Below, in pieces: positions 13,400 to 26,534 of a stretch of DNA of 64,000 nucleotides. The notes beneath the pieces were generated by a model. It did no database searches. It saw nothing but the letters and a program-made list of their open reading frames with translations, and was not told the origin of the DNA. The translations under genes and the position numbers were made by a program. Positions within the stretch are counted from its first letter, which is position 1; every line of letters starts with the position of its first letter. Source of the DNA: Dicyema japonicum (lineage: Eukaryota > Animalia > Dicyemida); NCBI GenBank assembly GCA_011109175.1, contig RDEW01000052.1, forward strand, positions 186,001-250,000. Reading direction: 5' to 3'.

Positions 13400-14150
13400 C
13401 TGAAGTATTTCTCAGATCGTTTATAGATCTACAGGAAACATCTGTTTTAATCATTCTTTTCATCTTCAAAATTAGGTTATAGTCGCTTCTAATGTCATAG
13501 AAGAGAGACAAATTTGTTCTCTCTAACGAAGGAAACAGATTGGGATATCTATGTTGTTGGTTGTTCTGAATCCTGTGCGATGTTATTGTTTTCTAAAAAA
13601 TTATTGATATTCGTCAGTTAATTATCTGCAACAACAGTAAGTTTTTTCTCGCATCTGCGAACTGGCATTTTTTCCGTGGTCATTTAAGGATCTTTCAAAC
13701 TCCCCAGACATCATAAGTCCTCTATTACTATTTTTAGACCTGATGATAAATTTTTATATTGATCCATAATGTGTTTATACTTGGTCATATTTCCCTGTGG
13801 ACAGTAAAAACCAAGTTCATAGTTAGTGGATACAGAATCGATCATTTTTAATTCATACACCTAATCCACTCTACTTTTATTGTTTTTATTATAATTTGTT
13901 TTGTTTTAGTTCTTGAATTCTTGGTACGAATGAACCATGGAACGCGGTGCCGTGACTACGAAGGTTCTGTCACTCGACCGATATGTTCGTGTGTGGGGTC
14001 GTGGAAGGGGCATCGGTCCAAAATGAGGTCCCTGCTAGATCTGGTTGGGGCCACGTTATTAGTTAGTTTGTGTAACCTTGGTCTTTTTTGTTATTATTAT
14101 TACCTAATTAGTTCAGTTACTATTAGTGACATGGTGGACAGGTTGACATT
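13400..14150 (-). mobile_element. Decayed CR1/L2-like APE endonuclease fragments (also ~42080-42830)
   Basis: FNVNL, PTRSSRDLIL, GFYCP, LMMSGEF, FLENNNIAQ..EQPT and SDYNLI motifs. Confidence 0.5.
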
Positions 14151-14279
14151 AAAATAAAGTTGTCATAATTAAACGAATTTTTTACGATAATAAATATTCA
14201 AATTATTTTTCAGTATTTTTTAATTTCGCTATTTTACAATTATGTGTGCTAAAATATTAGACTTTCTCTTCCCGGGGTC

Positions 14280-14770
14280 ATCGTCGACATCCGTCTAGGA
14301 GCTTCTAAGAAGTCCAGAGGAATTCCCTGAGAAATTTCTTACCCCACCTACTCACTCTATTCAAAAAGAATCAGAAATGCAAGAACATCACTTCAGAGGT
14401 TAAACAATGCATTAAGGATAATGAGGTTACTGAAGTAATCGTACTTTCATTGGCTACAACAAATGGAAGTCAATGTCTTATGAACATCTATATTCTTCCT
14501 CCTGTCTCAAACACCAAGGGATATGAGATTCTAAATTTATAAGATTGACTATTTTTGATGAGATCATCATCTGTGGGGACCTGAATGTCAAGCATCCACT
14601 TTGGTTGTCTTCTAAACTCGCCAACAAAACAGAGAAATTACTATTTTCGCAAACAGACAATTTAACGATCTTAAACTATCTTTCCAAAAACACAAGGACT
14701 AGCCTTCTTCACCTGAAGTAACTCTTTTGTGCTTAAATGCATCGATGATTACATTGTTAGTCTAAAGCAA
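14280..14770 (+). mobile_element. Decayed APE endonuclease (I/Jockey-like); copy A
   Basis: MNIYILPP and IIICGDLNVKHPLW motifs. Confidence 0.8.
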
Positions 14771-14949
14771 TTCGTAATGTGGCAAACTGTTATGAGGTTT
14801 CACTTTAGAAGACTACACCCAGACAGATGTCAATAGGATGATAAAATTCTACACTAAGATTTCATGCAAAAATTACAAAAAGTTGGATGGGTTCACAGTT
14901 ATCACGAAAGAAGCTGAAAGGGATGTCAGACATTTCTCGGAGTAGGAAG

Positions 14950-16330
14950 TGAGGGAATCATCTTTTCTCCAGAACATGTTCCAACTGCACGGATAACATC
15001 CTGTTGATTCTGTTAAATAATTGTAGATGGATGAATCACCTTCCTTACGGTTTTCTTAAACTTTTCAGTTAACTAATACGTAACACCATTAAATTGAAAC
15101 CAGACTACATTCGCCCAATTCTCAAACCATGAAACCATAGGTAGGAATTAGCGTCATTTTGACCTGAGTCTCTACTCTGCTCAATATTACAAGGCGCCAA
15201 AGAGCAAGTTGTGATCAATCAGTGTATAAGAGATGTATATGGAATAATTTATTTGCAACATGGCTCGACGTTAAGAAGCATATGATTCAGTCGACCATGA
15301 GGAAATTTCTTGAAGAGTCTAACTACTAAATGGAGAGTAATCTTAAACTTAAACACGGAGAGGATTGGGACAGTTGAATTGAAGCATGGAGTACTGCAAA
15401 GGGACTTTGTCTCCCAAAATTATTTGCTTTTGATAGTTACCTGTCAGTGAACGTATTCAAAAAACATCTGAAGATACTTGCGGAGAAGAGATTGATGATT
15501 ATTTCGATGTTGTTTGTCTCAAGTGATAATATGAAAAGTCAACAACTAATCTTGATCCATGAATGAAGTGAAATGCCTGGATGGACAAGAAAGCTATCGG
15601 TAACTCTGTGTTTTAGAAGACAAATGACGTAATTTCATGAAACATAAAGTCTTGAACAATATTACTGAAAATATGAGAATGAGAACTCTAAACTTGTTGC
15701 ATACAAAACTCAATGCTGTAAGGCTGTTTAAAGCCATAAACGGTTAATATTGAACCAAATGAGTTTGAAAATATATATTCGGATGTTCGACGAGTCAAAG
15801 TATAAAATTCACCTGAAGCACGCAAACAAAGAGAGATTATTTATTACTTGAACTAAATTGGGGAGAGGCCTTACTTCGATTTCCATGAGAGTGAATGTAT
15901 GCTGTATCAGTTTCTGACTGATATGGATAGAAAATCAGATATTTCGCTAAGAAAGGATGGAATCTGCGAGGTCTTGAAGACACAGAAAACGCATATGACC
16001 ACGATTGATAGATTCCTATTTTTCAAGTAGAAGATGGATCTAACTCCAGTTAGGATGAAGACTATCAGAGAAAGTCAGGATAAATTCCTGATTGATTCCA
16101 TTGGGAAAAAGCTGCTAGAGTCTGTTCTGTTAAACATTTACGTTGATATAGCTGGATCTTCGAAGTGGTTAACCAGTAGAATTATTAGCCCGAGATCAGA
16201 GAGAATGTATTATTTGCTTCGGGAAATGAACTCGTTTTGTATACCAATGATTCTGTTTATGGTCAAAAAGTGAAAGAAATTATTGGACCACTTGGCTACA
16301 CGTTTTAGCAAAATTGTCAATAGTGATTAC
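14950..16330 (+). mobile_element. Decayed R4-like (RT + RLE) non-LTR retrotransposon; copy A
   Basis: QGAKEQ, WLDVKKAYDSVDH, KW..GVLQ..LSP, SKWL..IISPRSE and LDHLATR..DY motifs. Confidence 0.8.
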
Positions 16331-17749
16331 ATGACCTGATAATAGGCTAAACAAAATATTAATTCTTTTTAAAGAAAACCATTCTTGATAGAGATTCAGA
16401 AATGACTGTATGGGGTTAGTGACTTGTCGACTTCCCGTAGCAGCAACTGCTCCAGCTTTCAATAAAAAATCCACGGAATTGTATTCCCTCCTTATATCAC
16501 TCTTCGCTTTCTATAGTTTCGTCTCATTGACCACCAGAGGCTCTAGTAAGTAGTGCTAGTTCATTATTCTTTGTCCCTAAGGATTGGACATTCACTAGAA
16601 CTACCTTGCTTTTTCAAGGTCGCTATCTCCATTAAATCCACCTGCGGAATCGAGCACATATGGTTTAGTTGTGACATAATCTACGATATTTCCGTATATA
16701 CCTTCTTTGATAGATTGGATGGGACTTGATTGAACGTAACTGTCTGTTTTTAACGTTCTCCCAATATGTCACACAGGCGAAGCGATTACTATGGGCAGCA
16801 CGTTACATTAACCTTGAACTTAGATTAACCTCAATTAATTTCATTATTGATTTATTAACTACAAAAAATTAATTTAAGTAAAAAAAAATTTCAGTTATAA
16901 TAATATTAGTGAGCGTTTCCGAGGACAAAGGCTATGCCCATTTGTTGCTTCATCCAGACCGCTTCCCGTCTTTCTTTAGATAGCCTAATTCCCCCCGATT
17001 TCCCTCAGGAACGTGGAGGGATTCCTCCCTCAGCAACATGCTTTTTAAATGCCATCAATACTTAAACGAAAGCAGTCTCCGATTACAAAATATTTTTTTA
17101 TCTTAATTTTCTCATCAAAATAGGTTCGATCCAGCAGACTGCGCCGAAGTGAGCATCACTGAGTTAGAAAAAGAATCCACACAAGTTCAGTCCCATACTA
17201 GCAATTTTCTCTCAGAGAACTGAAAGAATGTTAGCCCATCCGGCCTTTTCCCGTCTCCGAAAATAATTTAAGTAACTATTTTAGTCTAGCCATTTCTACA
17301 GTCGATATTTCTCTTTTGATTTATTATCTACTAAATTAAAAAATTTAAAAAAACCTTAACGTATTATTGGATAAAATATTAATATTTTTGCAGCGAGATA
17401 ATATTGACAGTCAACTTTTCCAGTCGCAACCAAGGATTTGTTCCAATATCTTTTTAACTCAAATTATTTATTATTGTTTTTAAATCATATTTATCTCCCA
17501 CACAAAAAATTATACTTACTATTATAGACATGGATTTCCTGTTCATGCCTTGTAATAACTCGAATCTTATTCAATCAGTTTGATTTCGAAGTTGAATCTT
17601 GTCGTATTCGGTATTAAATCGTCTGACGGGAATTATCTGCATATATATTTTAAACTGAATTACGTGTCAATAGATTCTGGAGTCGAACAATTAACTGAAT
17701 CCTCCATTTGCTATGGAATAACACACTCATCACTTAAACTATCTAAGAT

Positions 17750-18600
17750 ATAATATGATATATATGTAAACCCATGAAATATTGAGTTTTTTCTCTTTAT
17801 TCCTCGATATCTTTCGAAAGGAATTTCGTTAGAAAATGAATGGGCAGAAATGTTATTACGTACACAGCATTTTCTAGCTTATCAAGCCACTTTTTTTCAC
17901 TGATATGCAGCACTTTCTCGTTATCGTTTGATTGAATCGTTCGACGATCCCTTGTGCCCGAGGATAGTTAGGCTTGCCGTGAATTCGCTTTTGAAATCAG
18001 CGCAAAGTTTAGTTATTTCTTGATTTTTGAATTCAGACCCATTGTCTGATTGAAGAAATTTGCATGGTCCATTCAGGTAAAACCATGATCTTAGATTTCA
18101 CACACTTCTTTTCCAGACTTATTAAGAGTTGCTTGACAAACGCGAATCTAAAAAATTGTTTTAAAAAGCCAACCTACTATATATAAAATCAATTTGAAAC
18201 TTGGATTCACTGTTGAAATTTTTTTCAGATGTCTGAAAACGTTCATTTGGACAAGAAGCTAACACAATGTGATTTATATCTCCAATCTACAATATAAAGG
18301 AATCTTACTTTTAAAGGACGCGAAAATTTTTAAACTTCACAATTTCAAATGACTTTTGTGATAATCTCATTCTTGACAGTGAAGTAGTTTGTCGACATTC
18401 AAACTCATTTTATTTACTTCTCCGTGTGAAAGTTCGTGTAATGATTTCGCCAGGAGCTCCATTTCGGATTTATTCTCCAGGGATATGACTAACTTGCGAT
18501 AAGTGATTAAGATCTGTACATTCATTGCAGATTTACAATACCTTTCATTGATTAAAGAAAAATTCTCTAACTTCTTGACAGTGCCTCGGAAGATTTTTGG
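17750..18600 (-). mobile_element. Decayed integrase-type transposase; copy B
   Basis: LQSDNGSEFKNQE at ~18020-18055, GIVERFNQT and LHELSHG. Confidence 0.85.
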
Positions 18601-18619
18601 GAAAATTGCTATGCAAGAC

Positions 18620-19650
18620 ATCTTTTAAATTTCCATCCAGGTACAAACATAGAGTCTATTCAGATTTATTTCACGCAGTCTTTCACAAAACCCTTGTAAG
18701 AACCCATTACAACAAAATAATCCAAGCTAAATATCACCTTTGGTCGGAGGTGAATAGAGTGGATGTTGATTTTGGAGCCGATACCAAGAGACGGCGCGCT
18801 ATCAATCGTGGATACAATCCACTTTTTTCTGTGCGAGTAAGACTGCTTCTTTTTCAATTATGATATCGTCAGCATAAGAAAGCAGTAAGAAGTTCTTTTC
18901 AATACCTGCTGGCAGGTCGTGAAGGAAAAGATTGAATAGAGTGGGGGACAAAGGGGATCCTTGGGGCACTCCGTTTGGCAGTAAACGTGATGACTTCCCA
19001 CGTGTTCCAGATAAGTTTTGGCGAATTTTTTAAATAAAGATTTTTCCAATTAAATGTTTCTTCGGTACAGAGTCAAATTCCTTGTTGATGTCAATCGAGA
19101 CAATTGTTATCCGCAATCTTTTGGGGTAGTGTTGAAACTATTCACAATGCGTTGATAAGAGAGTCGTGGTTGATCTTACAGAACGGAATCCGTGTTGGAA
19201 ATTCGGTTGAGTTAGGGAAGGGGTAAATTCAAATAAGATCAACTTTTTCAACACTTTTGATATAGTTGAGGTCAATGATATTGGTCTATATGAACTGAGA
19301 TCATTTTTTGCTTTTCCGGCCTTATGAGTTGGAGTGATGAGCGAGTTCTTCTATATTTGGGAGATAGTGTACCAGTTAACGGACAGAAAAAAATTTCTGT
19401 AAGGTAGCTAATTGAGTATTTACTAAGGTGTTCTGGGTGATGTGAAGATAGTTTGTCTTGACCGCAGACCCGTGAGTTCTTTAATCCGGCGATAACCTCT
19501 GAGACCTGCTTGTCAGGTATTAGTTCTTGGTAATGTACATTTTTCGGTTTGCGGACACGTACTTGATATCCAGTTCATAAGAAAATTTCTTGAAGGTGAT
19601 CGCAGAGTAGTGTTTCATTAGTAGATTAGCGTGTATATGACAAATATGTT
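18620..19650 (-). mobile_element. Decayed I/Jockey-like RT; copy B
   Basis: Intact GVPQGSPLSPTLFNLFLHDLP (~18910-18975) and YADD. Confidence 0.88.
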
Positions 19651-22600
19651 CTGGAGAACGGTTACAGGATAATTGTTGTTCGTAAATTTAATTAAAAATA
19701 TGAATTTTTGAAAATTTTTTAATGGATATTTAAATATATAAATTTTAATTATTTAATTAACGAATGGCTCTAGTGAGATTATCTCAAGAAAAATTAAATC
19801 TGTAACAATTTAAACGTAGCAGGAAACATTAGTCAACTTGAAGTATTTCAGCTTAAGAAACTCTCTACAAATTTATTTTCGACGAGGAAAAAGCAATATT
19901 TGAAGTATTTCGGGATTGTTAGGGAACTGATAGAGCCTGTTATCTCAAATTGTGTATTTTGTTAAGTAATTTTTGCTTATTATTTTCACAGGAAAGAAAT
20001 TAATGCCTTTAACACCGATCTTTGCAAGAAGACTAAGGGATCGCTATATTGCTCAATGAACCTAAGGAGATACTCCGAAATAAATGATGGATATTCATTG
20101 TATGATTTACTGGAACATTTGGATGAAGAAGAAAAAATATGACTTGACGGAATTAAAGTTTTTTTGTTTGTTCTGTCTGTTCCTCCTCTTCCCTTCCTAT
20201 ATACTATACTGGCGTCATAGTATTCACCTTGCGCCCAGTGCCAGGTGGCACAAAAAAAGGATCAATTGCTCTCTCTCACTCTATTGGAGGGGTTTCAACA
20301 ACTGTAAGGAATGAATGTCTTTTACCTTTTATGCGGGTTCCTGATTTCCTCTGACAGATCTGCGAACTCCTGATTGTCGATTGATTGTAAGGTTTCTCCA
20401 ACAAAGTTCACTGAATTTTTAACTTTTTGAGAATCAGAAATATAGATGATTCCATGTTCTGAAAAACAGCTTTTTAAAGTTTCAAGTCAATGTGCGACGG
20501 GTAAATCGTAATTTAAGTTAGTTTTGGCACTTTTAAGTTCGACCTTATTGCAATATCTGACCTGTATGAAACATTTGAATATAGCTCTGATGAATGCAAT
20601 TTTAATTGACACTGACAATTTATCTTATGTTTTTCAAATTTGACTACGTCGTGGCATGAAGCGATTTGATGAAAGATTTCTCTTCCTATTGATATTACAA
20701 AAAAGAGTAATCCTACAGTTAATTGATCACAAATTTGTCTATTTTTTTATTAAACAGAAAACTCATTAAATTCACAAGTTGCTTAAAATAGTAGAATAAT
20801 TAAATAATATATGAAATTCACATCAAAGAGGAATTAGCATGTCAAGATTATGCTGTGAATCATCTTGATTACTTAAAAGAACAAAATCGACCACTATACT
20901 CAGAGATCTGTCCACATGGTCCATATTGCTTATTCGAACTAGAAACTTTCAGTTAAACAATATTTTAAGAATTGAATTTTTTGATCACTTAACTTTAGCC
21001 ACATTAATCCTAACAACAAATCTTCAAAATTTTGCTTTTTCTAATTTGAAAACTAACCTACGTGGTATTTAACGCAATTTCACTCCATCACATGAAAAAT
21101 TCCGAAATGCAAAATTCGAAATCAATCGAGACAATTGTTATCCGCAATCTTCTGCTGTTTTGTCACACATTATATTATAGGATTTATCAAATAGTGTTGA
21201 AGGCTGCTATCAAAGTGTTTTCGATAAATATTTTGCTAATTCATTGTTTGCTTATCTTCTACACTATTCTGACTAATCAATATATTCAAAATATATCAAT
21301 TTGTCATTCAATACTGAGTATTTCTATATGCGAATTTATTGCATTTATTCACTATTTTATTCAATTTTTTTATTTTGACATCTCAAGACTACGTTAACAC
21401 CAAATACGTGCTCTAGATGAGTTCCATCAAAGTCCTTATCTTCATCCTGTCTACTATCCGGACCGATATTTAATACATTCTCAGCAGTTTATAAAATCTG
21501 AACTTCCTCTTCGACATTTCCTCAATCTTCCTCATATTCGTCTAAATAAATGATATGAAAATTCAAATGACCACGATAACTCAAACTAACTTCTCAAGTA
21601 ACAAGCTCGAATTGAGACTTTTGACTGGGGTTCACAAAAAACCTCAATCATCATGCTTTGTTTCCTTTAACTGTTGAAGACTCACACTTGTCTTCGATCC
21701 AACTGTTGAAGACTTTTTTAGAATTTTGTGGCCAACAATGAACAAAAAAAAGACTTTTTTAAGTTTTAATAAAATAAAATATATTTGCTTTAATAATACT
21801 TGCTTTGTACTTTTTTATTGACGAACTTAGAAAAAATCATGTTATTCCTTTTATAGTTTCCTCTTCCCAAGCGAGAGAAGACTAAATTTTAAACTAGTAG
21901 GAAAAAGTCTATTGGCGATGCTATTTCAGTTAAAGTTTAATATTTTATGGACACTTTTCGTTTTTATTTGTCATCATAAGAATCGTTCTGGTTTTATTCT
22001 TATATGGATGCGACAATCTCTTCTGGAAAAGAAAATTAAGAACAAACGACTCCCTTTCACGTTTGTTTTCGGATGTAATCCAGCGCGAAGTTAAACGAGG
22101 ACCAAGAAAAACTAATGTGAAGAAAATATTGGTGACTTTCCCAATGATTTGCCATCGTATGTCAAATTATCGTGTAATGACTTGTTCATGAAAGAGTCGT
22201 TGTAGAACGATCTGTTCTGTAGCCATGTTGAAATTCAGGCAGTGGTAGAACAAGGGAGATTAACATTAATACAAGCTTCTCCATCACTCTTGTTCTTGAA
22301 GTTTTAAATAAATAAATCTCAGCTTAAACGGAACTAACGTAATTTAAGATGTAAAGAACATTTATACTGTATAATTCAAGGCATCGAAGATGTTCTTAAG
22401 TAATTTTCTTTTTGCTTGAGTATAAATATTTAGAGATTTCGTTACTGAGCGATTAGTAACTAATTACGTAGTTAATCGATTCCAAGCAGCAACGTAGATA
22501 TTTTGAATCTTCGACCGAAATAAAGAAGAGCGAGATTCTAACTTGGGACCATCTGAATTCGGCCAGGCACTCACTAACTGATTCAACAATTGAAACGTGT

Positions 22601-22679
22601 AATTTTTAAATATTTTATTTAATTTTAAATTTATAATGCGATTAAAATTAAATAAAATCACAATAAATATAAAAAATAA

Positions 22680-23542
22680 ATGTGTCATTTAGGTTTCCTT
22701 AATGTTGAACTAATTTTAGTTTTTTTATTATTTTTTATCACGTTGGCCATGCAATGTGGAAAAGATAATGGAAGCTCAATCCAACTTATAAAAAATGGAT
22801 TTCTTACGAGGATTGCCTTTCTCAATAATAATGTAACAGCTATCCTCAGTGGTATAATATCTATCATTGTTTTGGAGGTTAATTTTATTATTTATTAGAA
22901 ATCAATTTTTACACTGACAAAAAATAGATTTGTCGTTTATAAACAGCCAAACGATTATGTAGCGACTTTGTCAGAGGATATATACAAGCTTACGTTTATT
23001 TATGCCCAGGTGGATGAATCGGTTAAAATAACACAAATTTCAGTTTCAGTTAATTATACCGGTAAATATGTGATCTATATAGATTTGAAAAAGAATTCAA
23101 CTATGAACCAGAAATTTGGCATAAAATTGGTGAATATTTCAGTTGTTACAAAATCAGGCTTAAAAAAAGCAACGTGGTGTTATTTATGTTCAATCTAAAG
23201 TTACAGTTATTCAGAAATGACAAAATCTTAGATTTAATTGGGTCAGGTTAGTTCGATGAATAATGATTAGCAAATGAATGCAAATCGAACATACAAAAGA
23301 AGTCTATAATGTCGACCATAGGTCGTATAGTGAATGGCAAAAATTATTCATCGGACAGTCAAAAAAAGAGGGTATACATGTCGACAATCCGTCGGATATC
23401 GAATGGAGCAAAATATAAATCATACAGTTTTTCTAGTGCCAACAGACCGATGATTTTAGGCTGCGTAATTTCAGCATTTTTTGTCATTTCGTTAATTGCA
23501 TATTTTAAAGTGAAACGAATAGAGAGAGAGATCACTACTTAA
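22680..23542 (+). pseudogene. Putative signal-peptide + C-terminal TM surface glycoprotein, frameshifted; copy B
   Basis: MCHLGFLNVELILVFLLFFITLAMQC N-terminus, MILGCVISAFFVISLIAYFKVKR C-terminus and several N-x-S/T sequons. Confidence 0.5.
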
Positions 23543-23659
23543 TTTCAATTCCCTTAAATTAATAATAAATTTATTAATTTTTTATGTCAAATATTAAGAC
23601 AATCTGTCTTTAACGTGTGAACACAGAGGATCAACTTTATCTCACATTCAGATGACAGT

Positions 23660-24330
23660 GAGGGTTTGAAGAGGTTGAATTCTTCCCTTTCATATGTGCC
23701 TGATTCTATCCCTGGTATCTTACTATAAAACTTTGGACATTGCGATTGATTCAATCACAGTTATTTTCAACTATTCAATAAAAATGAAACTGTCCTATAT
23801 ACGGCCAATCTTTAAGACGGGGAAGCCTAAGGACAAACCTGCTTTTTTTCGACCAATCTTTTTACTAAACATTTTATCAAAATATTGGAAATTTGATTCT
23901 TAATCTAATGATCTTGACCTTTCATTTTTCATCAACACAAAATGAATTCAGAATGAGTTATTCCACTTCTACTTAACGTCCTTTAACCAATTTATCCTTG
24001 AATGTATTACACAAATCGCCACAGTCGTTTGCTCAATCGATTTACAAAAAAACGATCGACACTGTCTCAAGGAAAATCCTAACCCGGGAATTGTTTGGCC
24101 TCTCTGTAAACCCCAATATAAAACTTTGGCTTGCTAACTTCATCTATTGAAGAACGGCCGTATATATGTATGAGACCAAATCAGTTTCAAAATTACTACC
24201 CAATGGTGTCCCACAAGGTTTTCCTTTGTCACCCCCTTAATAAACTTATGTCTGGTATACCACAACCAGGTAAAAAGACGATTTCCTCCTATAATATGCT
24301 GAAGCCTTATTATTTGATTCCTCCGATTGA
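23660..24330 (+). mobile_element. Decayed I/Jockey-like RT; copy B (copy C ~55470-56150)
   Basis: YIRPIFKTGKPKDKPAFFRPIFLL and PNGVPQGFPLSP. Confidence 0.8.
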
Positions 24331-24959
24331 GATCTCAGAAGGGCATCATAAAGAGTACAATAATACCTTCACAATATTAGAATTTGGCTAAATTATAATC
24401 GACTTGATAGATTTACTGAAAATCTTCAAATTCCTTAATTACCTCAGACAAACGATTTGGACAAATGACAGTGGAATATTTATCAACTAGACAAAAATAA
24501 CTTTCACGAGGAAACTGAAAATCTTGGTGATCACCTTCGACACACATGTCCTTATCATATATCAACGATGCATTTGCGTTATTGAAAATCAATTTGTTCT
24601 GGACGAACAAACAAAGTATTCGCGACATTCAGCCCTTAACAGCCACTATTATTAGTAATCTTGGAAAACTAAAAAACTAATACCCTCATCACTTGAAGAC
24701 CTTATCTGACAACATAGAAAAAGAATTACTACCCTATGCAGACAGTGCAACTCTGAACAATACATATCAATGACGTGTCTTAAGAGAAAAATATGCAACA
24801 CCCCTCTCAAATAGATTCCATAGCTTCTGGTCATTAGATAATTCAAGTATAAATAATTATTCTTCCCATGAGAATTACGGCTTCTTTTAATCTCTGAATG
24901 GACATTCAATTATTCTAAAATTCATTACTACTATCATAATTAGGAAAATGAATGTTTGC

Positions 24960-25700
24960 GCATTCGAGCCAACTACTCTACTTAGCTCATTCTCCAAGTG
25001 TCAAACAACTGTTTATAATTTTATGTAGTCAAGGTAAAGAAATCCCTTAATGCATCCAGTAATAAATCTCAATGGTCTGTGTCAAATCCTTCGTAGTTTG
25101 GTTTCTTGAATCATATCCACGTTGATTTCGTGACATACCAAAAATGATCGAATTTTTTTCCAGGAAAAAAATGGACCCTATATGGCGAATGCATGGCTCA
25201 ATGTATTGTTTTTATATAGTTTTCAAAATAGAGTGATTTCCAATTTTCTATAACCCAAAGAGACATTTCAACACGTTAGTATTCTCTTAATATTTTGTTA
25301 CTACATTACCAAAATGGCGCAAGAATGAGATGTGCATGTCAAAAATTACCCCAAAGATTTTAACATCATTTAAACAGGATAACACTATTGCTTGTTTTTT
25401 AAATCTAACTGTGTCTCGACGAGCGTTCTTCAACAACCATTCGTTAAGACAGTACAGGTTTCGTTGCAATCTTTAAGCAACAGTCAGCCTGTATGTCACT
25501 GAAACTATGACGATGTCGTCATAAGTAATAAGAATATCATTTTCGACTTCCGGTGTGGGAATATCGGGCATGATTACTTTAATTAAAAAAGCAAAAGGGA
25601 ATATTGGAACACCATTCGGAAGAAATCACAATATAGATTTTAATTTTCCAATTCAGGTACATTCTCTGTCGACCACTAAAGAGGTTAGCTAAAGTTTAAG
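24960..25700 (-). mobile_element. Decayed I-like RT; copy B (copy C ~56800-57530)
   Basis: PNGVP, MPDIPTP...ITYDDIVIV, LQRNLYCLNEWL and KIFGVIFD. Confidence 0.7.
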
Positions 25701-26534
25701 TTTTCAGAAATTCTTGTCTGGAATATTGTACAAGAAATCCCTTATACAGTGAGTCGAAATCTTTGTGGAAGTCAATTGAGAAAAGTATGTTCTTCAGATG
25801 TTTATTCCTGTGTGAAAAACCATAATGTATACGTTTATCAAGATTGATAGATGGAGTTAAGTAGACATATCCTCTTTGAATCCATGCTCTCTTAAGATTT
25901 ATTTGTCATCTTTGTAGCAGTTTTGAAAAAGCAATTAGATTCTTAAAAGCTCTCAAAACTTTAGATTCATATTACACTAGAGGAGTTCCGAAATGGCCAA
26001 TGTGATGCAATTGTCGCTCGGAAAAGATGTGTTTATGACCGTTCGATGTCCCATGGCTCCGTTTCTTTATATCCATTCTCGTGAGGAGTAAGACAATGCT
26101 AGTTATCAGTTATGAAGCTATTATACATTCTGTGCATTCAAGTTGCGTCACCATCTCACCTTTTGTATCGTTCCCATCGCTTGTGCCACCCTCCGGATGA
26201 TCCGCTCTGTTACACTTCTCCATGCTCTCGAGATTGCGATTTTTCGGAAGCTGTCTAGTTAATCTGCTTCTTCTAATGCGATTTTCACATGTTTTAGATC
26301 TATCCCATTGTTCGTGGCTTCCCCAAAAAAGAGGAAGATGATTCCATAATACCGTAAGCAGGAACGGCATGATTAATATGTGCCGAAATAATCTCCATCG
26401 GGTCTTAGTAATAATTATATCCAAGTAATTCGATTTACATACTCTGTATAGGTCTTTGTTTTTGATAAATAGATTTCTCCAGGGTGTGTTTTACAAAAAC
26501 ATCCAATTGAGGAACGTCACTACCTCAGTCAATA

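Larger units (their letters stand above)
1..17630. repeat. Segmental tandem duplication, copy A (window opens inside or at the start of the unit)
   Basis: AATTATCTGCATATATATTTTAAACTGAATTACGTGTCAA at 1 recurs at 17631 and, slightly varied, at 46293. Colinear homology follows, with repeated ORFs such as MEKSLFKKFAK at 1404/19049/47695. Confidence 0.95.

Noticed and set aside
13921-14157. 78-aa ORF
   Set aside because: Antisense to the APE-like dispersed repeat; not conserved as an ORF in copy B.
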